Positions 15,760 through 28,810 of a stretch of DNA of 64,000 bases are shown here, piece by piece. The translations under genes were made by a program, and so were the position numbers. Within the stretch, counting starts at the first letter, position 1; each line of letters opens with the position of its first letter. Location of the stretch: assembly GCA_951406725.2 (NCBI GenBank), contig OX597831.1, positions 41,540,001 through 41,604,000 of the forward strand. The letters are read 5' to 3'. The DNA is from Octopus vulgaris. Lineage: Eukaryota. Below the pieces are notes generated by a model. That model did no database searches. It had not been told where the DNA came from and was given only the letters and a program-made list of their open reading frames with translations.

Positions 15760-18251
15760 CATTATTATTATTTAATATTATTATTAAGTTGGTGAGTTGG
15801 CAGAAATATCAGAGTGTTGGACAAAATGCCTCGCAGTGTTTCTTCTGACTTAACCCTACATTATGAGTTCAAATTCCACTGAGGTAAACTTTGCCTTACA
15901 TCCTTTTGGGGTCAATAAATTTAAGTACATGTCAAATTCTAGGGTCAATGGTATCGATTACTGGACCCTCCTCTCCAAAATGTTGGCCTGATGCCTAAAT
16001 CAGAAACTATTTTATGAAAGGAGTGAGCTGAGAGAATCATTTGCATTTTGGAGAAAAACGTTTAATGGCATTCCTTCTAGCATCTTACATTCTGACTGCA
16101 ATTCCTGCAGGGGTCAACTACACCTTTAGGGTCAATAAAATAAAGTACTAGTCAGGTACCTAGATCAATGTAACTGACTATCCCCCCTCTCCCTAAAATT
16201 GCTGGCCTTGTGCGAAAATTCAAGACAATGATTAATATTATTTTTATTTACACAATTTTTGGTTGATTTTTATGATTTAAAAAAAATCTACATTTGTTTT
16301 AATAAATATAATTTTCTGCCCGGTTTGTGTGTGTTTGTATGTGTGTATGTATGCATATATGTAATGTATATGTGTTTCTCCGAAAGTAATTTTTTTTTCC
16401 TTTTTTTTTTTTTTACCTGTCATGATTGTTTGAATTTATTTCGGTCTACTCTGAGGAATTTTAACCTCCTCCTCACCTCCCTCCAAAGAGGGTTTGTATT
16501 ATATTTGGGGGAAAAAACAAAAAAACAAAACAAAAAGAAAATGAATGATAAAAAATAATAATGGGTTGAATAAAGACAAAATTCTGCAAAATATTTTATG
16601 TTTTATTGTTTATTTATTCATTAAGATATATTTTCATATTGTGGAGGTGCATGTCCTAGTGGTTAAGGCACTGCACTCATGATCATTGAATCGTGGATTC
16701 AATCCCCAGACCGGGTGGTGCATTGTGTTTTTGAGCAAAACACTTCATTTCACACTCATGAGAGTGTGACAGAATCATTGGTGTCTCTACAAATGTACTA
16801 TATTGATGCTGTATCTTCTGGGTCTCTACATTCTGAGTTCAAATCCCACTTGCCAGGAGAAGCCAATGGGAAACCACTCCAGTATTCATCTTAGGTCTTG
16901 TCATGGTTGCTGAAGTTCCAGCAATCTGGTGAACGGTGGCAGGGGAGGGTATGGGCCTTCCCATGTTATGTTGAGAAGGTTCACATGCACAGGACCTGCC
17001 CAAGGACCCCACGAGACTAAGCTAGATATTTTAATATTCTGTTGACATCAATGGAATTTTATAAACTTCCATGAGAACAAGAAATAATTTTTTTTCGAAT
17101 ATTGGCTCTTGAAGCACATCATTCTCTTTTTCTCTTTTACTTGTTTCAGTCATTTGACTGTGGCCATGCTGGAGCACCGCCTTTAGTCGAGCAAATCGAC
17201 CCCGGGACTTATTCTTTGTAAGCCCAGTACTTATTCTATCGGTCTCTTTTGCCGAACTGCTAAGTGACGGGGACGTAAACACACCAGCATCGATTGTCAA
17301 GCAATGCTAGGGGGACAGACAGAGACACACAAACATATACACACACACTTATATATATATATATATATACATATATACGACAGGCTTCTTTCAGTTTCCG
17401 TCTACCAAATCCACTCACAAGGCATTGATCGGCCCGGGGCTATAGCAGAAGACACTTGCCCAAGATGCCACGCAGTGGGACTGAACCCGGAACCATGTGG
17501 TTGGTTAGCAGGCTACTTACCACACAGCCACTCCTGCACATCATGTGCAGCTTTTGACTTTTTCTGTCAAAAAGTGGTTTTTATCCCAATATTTATATGC
17601 TGTTATTTATAGCTTTGTGTGATGTACTTCAAAATCGAATGTTAAAAAAGAAAAACCCAACTATTTTGGTTTTCATATTCAGTGATTTGATCATAGTTAT
17701 TTATGGTAACACAATTCAACACAAGCATTTGTAAACATTGGAACAATGCTCAGATCTGACAAGGGAAGACAGAGGCAACAACTTAGGGCTCTCATGATCA
17801 AAACAGGTTAACAATTGTGAAGTTTTAACCCTTTAGCATTCAGGTGACTCAATCAAATGTAATGCTTATATATTTACATTATTTTGAATTACTCCTGCAT
17901 TGTCTTTTAGTTATGAGATCTCAATAATGTGACTCTTTAACTTTGGGAATGACATTGTAGGGAAGGTGTAAAAGGTCAGATATGGCTAGTTTGAACATAA
18001 GAAAATTTGAACCAGATATGGCTGGTTTAAATGCTAAAAGGTTGAATTAAAATTTGAATTATGTGCGTGGTGAGGTTAAACAAATGGCATCCCTATATCA
18101 TTATATATAATAATTCTTATTTTGGTACTTAGCGATTTTGACATCTAACATAAAGAGATCTTCAATGGAAAATTATCAAGAAATGTAGTGTAGAATTAAA
18201 TGAAGACACACTTAAAAGTACAAATCTGTCTTATGTATATATATATATATA

Positions 18252-18605
18252 CTAGCAGTATCACTCGGCGTTGCTCGGGTTTGTAAGGGAAATAACTATA
18301 AAGCATTTTTAGAGAGTTATAGCCAAAAAATAGCAAAAAAATGGGGAAAAAAAGGATGGTAAATTTTTTTTGAGAGTTAAAAGGTCGAGTTGCGTCCCCT
18401 AGACAGTCTGTGGTTTGTGTTTCTGATTCTCGACCCCATGTCGAATTTATCGATTTTTTCAGAACTGGGGGAACTTTTCAAAATTTTCGCTGCGTTAGTT
18501 TTGAATTATGACATTGGGCTATGTGTGTGTCAAGTTTCATCAGAATCAGTTGAAAGCCGTGGTCAGGGTGAGGGTACAACCTAACAGACACACAGACAAA
18601 CTGCC

Positions 18606-18612
<7 letters not shown>
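18252..18612 (-). mobile_element. Non-autonomous Helitron-like element (same 3' end, different interior)
   Basis: Terminus actagcagtatcactcggcgttgctcgggtttgtaagggaaataacta; the other end runs into (TA)n. Confidence 0.65.
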
Positions 18613-18654
<42 letters not shown>

Positions 18655-18759
18655 TGGGTTCAATGAGCTGTCACAAACAGAACTTGTTCTCATTGAGGAT
18701 CATGCAATTCCTAGGCAGGTCTGGGACTATGTCTCGCACATACGTTCCAATTTTGGCAA

Positions 18760-19090
18760 GGTTTTTATGAGTAGCTATTCCTCGTGGGAGTAAAGTCCTC
18801 GCACACCTCCTCCATACAGTCCTATTGGTAAAAACCATCATCATGCTTTCCAGATGGATTTCCAAACGTGACCGACTGAGACTTTGGATATTGTCCAACC
18901 ATGTTGCTGTTGGTCTTCATCCAGATCTTTTGCCAGTTGGCTCCGAAGAATCTGCTTTGTGATTCTTCCCTGTGACATTCCAATCACATATCCTAAGTAC
19001 AGTAGTTGTGATCTCTCAATGTGGAGAAGTAGCGATTCAACATGGAGCAACTCCTTGATTATCTTGTCGAGTAACATCACTCTATATCAA
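18760..19090 (-). mobile_element. Degenerate RTE-like LINE fragment
   Basis: LLHIERSQLLYLGYVIGMSQGRITKQIL corresponds to the RTE 'RQLRW.GHV.RM...R' region. Confidence 0.65.
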
Positions 19091-19246
19091 ATGAAATTTA
19101 TAGCCCCAAAAAACTGTTTCACCAAGAGCTACAACTTGCCGACTCCTTATTTGCTGCTCATCAGCGTCCACCGAATGATGTACAAACACTGTCGTTTGAG
19201 GTCTTTTTGTATTAATTTCTCTGGGGGGTTGTCCCATATATAATGA

Positions 19247-19759
19247 CTAGCAGTATCGCCCGGCGTTGCTCGGGTTTGTAAGGGAAATAACTATATAAGC
19301 CTTTTTAGAGAGTTACTTCCCTTATAGATGCCAATTCGGGCTTTCTTAGCCATTTCTGTTTTGGTGCCTTCAAGCCATGAAGTCGTTGTTCTAAAAGAAC
19401 GCTGGTCTCCTTGACAACGCTTTACGACGTTGATTTCCTTACACTCCCTTCCCCACAGCTTCACGAGGGAGGGAAGAAGGGGGTGAAGCAAACAGGTGCA
19501 GGTGTGACCATGGACACCAACTCCGCTGCCATCGACACATGAAAAATTATGCATTAAAATGGAATAAAAAATGATATTAAATTATTTTTAAAATCGTAGA
19601 CTCATCGTAGACGCGCGCTAATACTCAGACGGGCTCGATATGAATCACGACTATAAGATACCCGAATTTGGTTAAACTGCACCGCAAAATGTGGGAGTAG
19701 TTAGGAATCTAAATCGAAGGGGACAGACACTCACACAACTACAGTTTTATATATATAGA
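19247..19759 (-). mobile_element. Non-autonomous Helitron-like element
   Basis: On the minus strand: a|TC 5' end, 3' hairpin cccgagc-aac-gccggg about 8 nt before a CTAG|t terminus. The same ends recur elsewhere in the window. Confidence 0.75.
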
Positions 19760-20669
19760 TATTCAGTGGAAATAGGATGCAATAGTGTTGTATCATAATT
19801 TCTTCTTCAGCTTTTTTTTTTTACAATAGAAAGAAGAATTCAATCGTTCGTAATGTTCTAAACAATTTCTTCCTAAATCGTTACTTCAGTATTCTAAATA
19901 TAATTTGGCCCTTTTATTACGAAATTTTCGATGAAATACGTTGCTTTTGTTTCAATAAATCTTTAAAATAACGAAGAATTTAATGAAATGACTAATCATT
20001 ATGAAGTAGGTGTTTAAGGCGGCGAGCTGGCTGAATCGTTAGCGCGCCGGGCAAAATACTTACAGTATTTCGTCTATCCTTATGTTCTGATTTCAAATTC
20101 CACCGAGATCGACATTGCCTTTCATCCTTTTGGGGTCGGTAAAATAAGCACCAGTTGGGCACTGGGGTTGATGGCCTTGTGGCAGAATCTATAATCATTA
20201 TTAAACTAATGTTTTACACATGAAGTATTGATGGAACCAAGAAGAGTCGTAGGAGGGTCAATACGAAAAGGGTTAAACAGGGGAGATAAGGCTCACTAGA
20301 CAGAACGAAAAAAAAATCATGAAGGGAGAGAAATGATTGTCATTAAAAATCATGTCCAAGGGAGATAAGTAAGTGTGTATCTGCGTTTCGCCGCAGAACA
20401 GCTTTGTTTGATCAAATCAATACAAAGACGTAGCAGCCGTCTTTGATTTAAAACGAAACAATACAAACGTACTGATTTATCTCCCTTGGATATACACGGG
20501 GGATGAATTTCGAGTTAGTCACAAACGTTGTGAGAGAACTGGCTGACTATTTCAAAGCAAAATCTCTCGTTAAGTAATTAAAAGTAGACGTGAAAATGAT
20601 TGTGACAAATTGATGTCTTAAAATTAGAAATCCACAGATTGTCAAGGTTTAAAAAAAATGTGATTTCTC

Positions 20670-21510
20670 AGATGAGATGTTCGAGAGATGAGATGGCTGG
20701 TAGGAGAGATGTGAGTAGAAATGGTGAGATGTTAGAGGAGGTGAGTGTTTTTAAGTATCTGGGATCACATGTGACGGCGGGTGGAGGTGGCTGAGGAAGT
20801 GGGATACAGAGTGAGGGAGGGGAGTAAGATTCTTGGAGTTGTGAAAGGTATGAAAGTATGAAAGCGAAAAGGTGTGTACGAGGGTGTGATTGTGCTGACA
20901 ATGTTATATGGTACAGAGACGACTAGATGTGTTTGAAATGGCGGCGAGCTGGCAGAAACGTTAGCACGCCGGGCGAAATGCTTAGCCGTATTTCGTCTGC
21001 TGTTACGTTCTGAGTTCAAATTCTGCCGAGGTCGACTTTGCCTTTCATCCTTTCGAGTTCGATTAAATAAGTACCAGTTACACACTGGAGTCGATATAAT
21101 TGACTTAATCCGTTTGTCTGTTCTTGTTTGTCCCCTCTATGTTTAGCCACTTGTGGGTAGTAAAGAAACATAGATGTGTTTGAAATGAGATGTCTGATGT
21201 CTACGGTTGGCGTGACACGGATGGACAGGATGAGGAATGAGGAGGTGCGAAGGCGAGCAGAAATGAGAAAAAAAACCTAACAACTAAAACGGATAGACGA
21301 ATGTTGAGGTGGTTTGGTTTCATGGAGAGGATGGAAAGGAGGATGATGAAGGCAGAAGTGGTAGACAACAGAACCAGGGGCAGACCTCGGTTTGTGTGGA
21401 CGGAGGAGTGAGGAAAGCTTTGGTGGTTAGAGCTGATGGAGTGAGAGAGGTAAGAGAGTTTATAAACGATAGGAAAACTTGGAGAGTGTTTGCGGACGAA
21501 TGAGTGAATT
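20670..21510 (+). mobile_element. Degenerate RTE-like LINE fragment interrupted by a SINE
   Basis: Remnant motifs LEEVSVFKYLGS, MLYGTET and MLRWFGFMERM. Confidence 0.75.
20940..21170 (+). mobile_element. tRNA-derived SINE family 2 with 16-17 bp target-site duplication
   Basis: ggcggcgagctggcagaaacgttagc...gagttcaaattc. Flanked by tagatgtgtttgaaatg at 20924-20940 and 21171-21187. Relatives near 9190, 9430, 12110, 15520, 15790, 20017, 34555, 43390(-) and 50050-50455(-). Confidence 0.9.
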
Positions 21511-22595
21511 TGATGTTGCTCAAAGGAGTGTGGAACCAGCATGATGCGGCAAAGGGTAAACCAACAAATGCTGTTGGGCTCTACTGTTGATATTGGGGGT
21601 TGCGTTCTATGCCTTGACCCAAATATAGAACGAGGCTCGCCTCTTTGAGCTGGATAATGAATGGCTTGCCTGGTGTGTGTCTTGTTCTGGCTACCCACCC
21701 TTTAAAAAATGGTGTATGGGCCTGGGTACATAAAAAAAGAAATGGTTTTAGATTACGTGTTGCTCGATGCAGATGTATTTAAATTTTTCTGACTTGATAA
21801 TATCACAAAGATAAGGCACAGAACCATTAGTGAAATATAGCTTAACAGAGAGCTGTCACATTAACTCCTAGAATATTAAATGAACACACACACACACACG
21901 CGCGCGTACACACGTGATATATTTAAGTCTAACCTGGCCTTATATAATGTCTGTTAAGCTAGAAGTTTCTAGTGTTGGCTAAATTTTGCTGAATGGTAAA
22001 TAATTGGGATGTAGGGTTGGTTGTAATGGCAAGATGTTGTGAAGAATTTTTATTGATTGAATTTGGAGATGTGCTAATGTTTAGAATTTATTGATGCACG
22101 TAGGACTTTGTAACCAGGTGTGTATAATATATATGTATTTTTATATATATTGCTTGGGATAACGGGGCATAGATATACACAGATTAATATCCTTATACCC
22201 GGACACGAAGTAAAACCACTAAGAGAATGAGACAACCTGACACAGTTGTTTTGGTCCTGCTTATTTCAAGATGCTGATACGACTACATTTTGCTCTCTCT
22301 ACCCCTCTCTCTCCCTCTACCTCCCTTCCTCCCTGTCTCTCACTCTGTATGTGTGTCTGAGATATATTTCTCTTTATTTATATGAGGAGAGAGAAAGTGT
22401 TGTGGTCAAGTGATAAATTGTAATGTTTGTTTCTCCCTCTTTAACCATCTAGATATGTTTGTATGTGTAATCTCTCTCTCTCTCTCTCTATCTGTAAGTA
22501 TATTGTTCTTTATGTGTATGAGGAGAGGGAAAATATTTGTGTCAATAATGCTCAAGTAATACACTGTCATGTCTCTCCCCACCTTTCTCACAAAC

Positions 22596-22714
<119 letters not shown>

Positions 22715-22897
22715 GTATATTTATGCACGCACATGCGATGGCGTGCGTTTGTCACCAGTGCCAAAAACTACCCTCGCAAAAACAGCTTCAATGTCCAGTA
22801 AGTCCCGGCAAATTGTTAGTGTCCGATCAGCCGCGCCATGTCGTCTTATTCCGCAATAACGTTGACCATGCTGATGACAACAGTCACAGCTCTTCCA

Positions 22898-23016
22898 TTA
22901 ATGTTTCTTGTATGGTATAAAGGCCTCCGAGAGAAACAAGGTACCGCTCAAGAGAAGGCCGACACCATTCAAAATGAATTCGGGATTGTATGAACCAGTG
23001 ACGTCACGAAGGTAAC
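22898..23016 (-). CDS. Duplicate of the SLC16-like terminal exon (copy B): alternative last exon or pseudo-exon
   Basis: Same 119 bp, intact ttcaacag acceptor and identical peptide. Differs from copy A at 3 positions: AAC/AAT, GGC/GGT and stop TGA/TAA. Confidence 0.6.
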
Positions 23017-23115
23017 CTGTTGAATAAAGTAAAATATAACAATCGTTATAAACAAAATAGAAAAAAAATTACGTTCTTTCGATTGTACATATATGTACAT
23101 ATATATATATATATA

Positions 23116-23174
<59 letters not shown>

Positions 23175-23187
23175 TTATTATATAGAA

Positions 23188-23242
23188 GGAGCTTCTACAG
23201 GACTAGAACTGTTTCATTCAAGAGAAATCATCAGGAAGCTCC
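23188..23242 (-). ncRNA. Type I hammerhead ribozyme, intact core
   Basis: Minus strand: GGAGCTTC-CTGATGA-tTTC tctt GAAt-GAAACAG ttctagtc CTGTA-GAAGCTCC. Stem I is a perfect 8 bp, stem III 4 bp, cleavage triplet GUA. Confidence 0.8.
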
Positions 23243-23539
23243 TGATGATTAGTTGGATGCTAAATTGCATGCATAAATATACATGCATATAAATGTGTAT
23301 TTATGTACATATATATGTGTGTATATACATACATATATGTATACACATGCACACACACACACATATATATATACATACATGCATGTATATATATGTATGT
23401 GTGTGTGTGTGTAATATATGATAGCTGTAGGTCAGCCACCATTAAGAGCATAGTGCTCTCAAGCAAATTTATACCTCACTCTTGCAGCTCCACTGGTTAC
23501 TGTTGAGTCCAGCCCATCCCTTAATAAACATAATAAACA

Positions 23540-23589
<50 letters not shown>

Positions 23590-24265
23590 AACCTTTACAT
23601 AAATAAATAACGTGAAATACACGAAGGGACGAACAAAAAGACAAACGGGTCATTCAAAGCCTTCGTTCTTCAGTCAGAAACTGATTCCTCATCGCAGATT
23701 TCGGCTGTTTAATTCTGAGATCCGCTCTGAATCAGCCAGCCACAGAAGGAAAGAATGCAACGCAACAGAGACGAACATGAAACGAAAAAATCTTTTTGGG
23801 AGACAGTAACGGTTAAAAACATGGATGACACAGGCGCCCTACGGCTTTGAGACAAAAGGAGACACAAAAACAATATCAGCAAGCGTGGAAAAATAATTAC
23901 CTTTTCGGTGATGAGACACATGTTGAACAAGCGGCCGATGGCAACAGAATGGCTGAGGCAGCAAGTCGCAAGAGGGTAAGAGAGAGAAGGGGGTAAGAGA
24001 GAGAGGGGACCAAGGAGGATGGAAAGCGAGGACAGAAGCAGTGACCAAGAGAGAGAGGGAGAGAAGGAATCAGAAAGGCTGGGAGAAAAAGGCGCCAAAA
24101 TAATTTGGCAACGAAGCAATGGCGAAGGAAAGAAAAAAGTTTAAAGACATCGTGCAGGGGTAGTGATGTGATAAACATAAAGAAGTTATTATGCATGTAC
24201 GCTGCGAAATATATAATAAACCTTTACATAAATAAATAACGTGAAATACACGACACACACATGCA

Positions 24266-24366
<101 letters not shown>

Positions 24367-24431
24367 AATAAAATGAGACAGCAAGGCCAAGGAGGTGTGG
24401 AATTTTCAAGGCGTTTATACTGAGAAAGTTA

Positions 24432-24478
24432 GTCTTACAGCTGTTTCTGGAATATTGTGGTTATCCCTTCATCAGAGA
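24432..24478 (-). ncRNA. Minimal type I hammerhead ribozyme
   Basis: Minus strand: tct-CTGATGA-aGGGATA accacaa TATTCCa-GAAAC AGCT GTA-aga, with a palindromic stem III loop. Confidence 0.7.
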
Positions 24479-25096
24479 TGAAGTGAGATGGCTAAATAGA
24501 GGGAAATATTAGGGTTCAGTCTGCGGAGTTATTTTGGAGAAGGAAGCAAATAAGGACTATATAGGGAAATAGAGGAACGAATATAGACATGAAAAAATGT
24601 ATAAATATGTAATAATTGCAGTTCCATCGTCCAAGAAAAGTGGTATTTAGAAGTATGTATGTATGTATTTTGGCACGCCGTTGGTTACGATGGTGAAAGT
24701 TCCAGCTGATGCGATCAACGGAACAGCCTGCTCGTGAAATTAACGTGCATGTGGCAGAGCACTCCATAGAAATGTGTACCCTTAATGTAGTTTTCAGGGA
24801 GATTCAGCGTGACCCAGAGTGTGACAAAACTGGCTCTTTGAAATACAGGTACAATAGAAAAAGGAAGAAAGAGTGAGAGAGAGTTGTGGTGAAAGAGTAC
24901 GGCTGGGTTACACAGAATAAGTTATGGAGTTGATTTGTTCAATTAAAGGTGGTATTCCAGCATGGCCACAGACAAATGACTCAAACAAGTACAGGAATAA
25001 AAGAAAATAAGTATATCTATATATATAGATATAGATATATTCACGCAAATAGAATAGGATGCATATTGACTCTCTCATCTCAGTATAAATATAAGG

Positions 25097-25216
<120 letters not shown>

Positions 25217-25233
25217 ATATATATGTATATATA

Positions 25234-25269
<36 letters not shown>

Positions 25270-26198
25270 TGTATATATACACAAACACACACATATGTAC
25301 ACATTCAAATACATACACATCGAAACTGCCAGGGTGTATAATGTACCCCACCTTTTGTGTGTCCGAGTGTTATATCTTTTTTTTCAATCTGTAAAACAAA
25401 AGAAAACAATAACTTTACCTGTCAAGACAACCCAGGCCCATCCACGGTCCACAGGCCTCCTATCCGTAGGCACCACTTGCATTGTGCCTTTGTCACAATT
25501 GTGCGCCACACCTTTTTATTGCAGCTAAGCCACTCAATTTTTCTTTGCATTTCCCCTTTGCATTCTCCACCAGTGTTTTGGGATTTTGTTTGGTAGTGTA
25601 TAAGAAAAAAAGAAAGAAAAGAAAAGAAAAAAAAAACAAAAAGGAAAGAAAAAGAAAATTTATTCAAAAGTGCTTTAGAATCATTGATGATGAGGTGAAG
25701 TGATATGTAACTGATAAGTCATTATTATTATCTAATATAATAAATGTGAAGGTCAGTGTGTCAGCATGTCACACTTTTGTCAATTTTACTTGTAGAGGCC
25801 GTTGCCCAATATATCAAACCATTTTGGAATCAGGCCGACTCCGTAAGCAAATCAAAAGCGTTCTGGGCCAAATCCAGACTCGCAATCCTGAAATTTTGGA
25901 TTCTCAGGTTTTCATTACTGCGTTTGTTTTCGGCGTTTTTTTTTTTACTTAATTTTTTCGACAAAGTTTGTGTACGTAATAATTTTTTAAAATTGGAAAT
26001 AAATTTTGGGAATGATCGAAATTAATTGCAAAATCCAGTGATCATTTTCGACAAAATTTTTTTACTTGATTGTTTTGGGAAGAATATGATCATTAGGATA
26101 TGACCCTGGAGGAAGCAATTGCAACAAATTCTCCAAAACTAGTCAGAGATCTGTTTGCAGATCTTTCCATTTGGGGACAGTACCTTAAAAGCCACCCG

Positions 26199-26200
26199 AT

Positions 26201-26231
<31 letters not shown>

Positions 26232-26313
26232 CCATCACCATCACCATCATCATGATCATGATCATCATCACCACCACCACCACCACCACCACCATCATCA
26301 TCATCATAACTAT

Positions 26314-26345
<32 letters not shown>

Positions 26346-26434
26346 TCACCATCACCACCACCATCATCATCATCATCATCATCACCATCACCATCACCAT
26401 CATCATGATCATCATGATCATCATCACCATAACC

Positions 26435-26493
<59 letters not shown>

Positions 26494-26535
26494 CATCATC
26501 ATCACCATCACCATCACCATCATCATCATCATTAG

Positions 26536-26573
<38 letters not shown>

Positions 26574-26584
26574 CCACCATCATC

Positions 26585-26645
<61 letters not shown>

Positions 26646-26647
26646 CC

Positions 26648-26681
<34 letters not shown>

Positions 26682-26686
26682 TCATC

Positions 26687-26720
<34 letters not shown>

Positions 26721-26782
26721 TCATCACCATCACCATCACCATCACCATCATCATGATCATCATGATCATCATCACCATAACC

Positions 26783-26834
<52 letters not shown>

Positions 26835-26950
26835 CCATCATCATCACCACCATCATCATCACCATCACCATCATCATCATCATCATCATCATCATCACCA
26901 CCACCACCACCACCATCATCACCATCATCATCATCACCATCATCACCATC

Positions 26951-26982
<32 letters not shown>

Positions 26983-26989
26983 CACCATC

Positions 26990-27035
<46 letters not shown>

Positions 27036-27166
27036 GGAGCATCATCATCATCATCACCACCACCATCATCATCATCATCACCATCATCATCATCACTATC
27101 ACCATCATCATCATCATCATCATCACCATCACCATCATCATTATCATCATCATCATCATCATCATC
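26199..27166. repeat. About 970-bp (CAT/CAC)n trinucleotide microsatellite
   Basis: Directly visible; it generates spurious poly-H, poly-I and poly-M ORFs. Confidence 0.98.
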
Positions 27167-28229
27167 AAAAAGAAGTACACAAAAACCGTTAGAAGCACTT
27201 CGACATTTAAGTTTGATTTGCCAAAATATTCTCGTCGCTTTCAGACCGCAACCTGTTCACTAACAAAATTCCCTGCAGCACAGAATTTTGTCAATAAAGA
27301 TGTCGCGGTCTTAAAGCGATGAAAATATTTTGGCAAATTCATTTTATATGTTGAAGTGAAACTAACGGATTTTTGTGTTTCTTAAATGGCTTAGAAACAC
27401 CTTCCACGCTGCAATTGTTTTTGTTGCAGCACACGGGCTCAGATCAGGTCACTTGCTTTGCATGTACATCTCCGTAATATATATACATATAACTGCGTTT
27501 CGCCCCAGAACAGCTTTGTTTGATCAAATTAATACAAAGACATTGCAGCCGTCTTTGATTTAAGACGAAAGAATAGCATAGACATACCGATTTATCTCCC
27601 TTGCACTTACACTTAGCTGAATCTCGAGTTAAAGTCACAAACGTTGTGAGAGAATAGGCTGCCAGCCTGACTTGCCTGCCCTTAAAAACAAAATCCTTTG
27701 CTCGATGCAAATATGTTTAAATTTTTCTGTCTTGATAATATCACAAAGATAAGGCACAGAACCATTAGTGAAATATTATAGCTTAACAGAGAGCCGTCAC
27801 ATTAACTCCTAGAATATTAAATGAACACGCACACACACACACACACGACGTGATATTTTGAGTTTATCCTGGCCTTATATAATGTTTGTTAAGCTAGAAG
27901 TTTCTAGTGTTGGCTGAATTTTGCTGAATGGTAAATAATTGGGCTGTAGGCTTGGTTGTAATGGCATGATGTTGTGAAGAATTTTTATTGACTGAATTTG
28001 GAGATGTGCTAATGTTCAGAATTTATTAACGCATGTAGGACTTTGTAACCAGGTGTATATAATATATATGTATTTTTATATATATTGCTTGGGATAACGG
28101 GGCATAGATATACGCAGATTAATATCCTTATACCCGGACACGCAGTAAAACCACTAAGAGAATGAAAACACCCAAATCAAATACCTACAGACTTGCAGGT
28201 GTTCTTTTTATTGTAGAAACCTCGAAGAA

Positions 28230-28810
28230 AGCTCTTTGATTTTAAAATTCGTGGTTGAAATAGTTGCTACAAGATATTTAAACATGGACACTCAGAGAAT
28301 GTCATCCAGGCCGTACAGAGGTATATCACAACATATAATCCAATGAAGTGCAGATATTTGGTTGTGAGATGGCCACCATCGAACATACACATGAAGCCAA
28401 AGGAATAAGAATCCACACTATGGTAGGAGCCACAGCCATTCATAATAAGAAGGAGTACTCGTAGACTGTCCCAGTGGATACCTCAATGAAATGTATCAGT
28501 CATCGGGATTTAGGATAGAGAAGAGATGTTAACATAAAGCGGATGTTAACATAAAGCTAAAAGTTAGCAACAAAGAAAATACCTACCCTGAATTATTGAG
28601 AAATCTGCATCTACTCTGTTCAGATTACATGTTCAGGTTTATACCTGTAATTACTGAGGCTCTGAGATACGTAAGACACTGCCTAAATACCAATCTTGAG
28701 AAATTAGGCTTCTCAAAACGAGAAAGGAGAAAGCTGATTCGTAGACTACAGAACCAATCCATCACTGGAACTGTAAAAAGTCTGTAACTTTCCAGAAGTT
28801 TATCATTTAA
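28230..28810 (+). mobile_element. Fragment of an R4/Dong-like (restriction-like endonuclease) non-LTR retrotransposon
   Basis: FRFIPVITEALRYV...LEKLGFSK...LQNQSITGTVK resembles the RLE C-terminal 'IPV.IGALG.V' region. Family assignment is from recall. Confidence 0.55.

Noticed and set aside
26155-27322. Long ORFs of poly-His, poly-Met/Val and poly-Ile/Thr
   Set aside because: These are translations of a (CAT)n microsatellite, which lacks stops in several frames. No splice or domain evidence.
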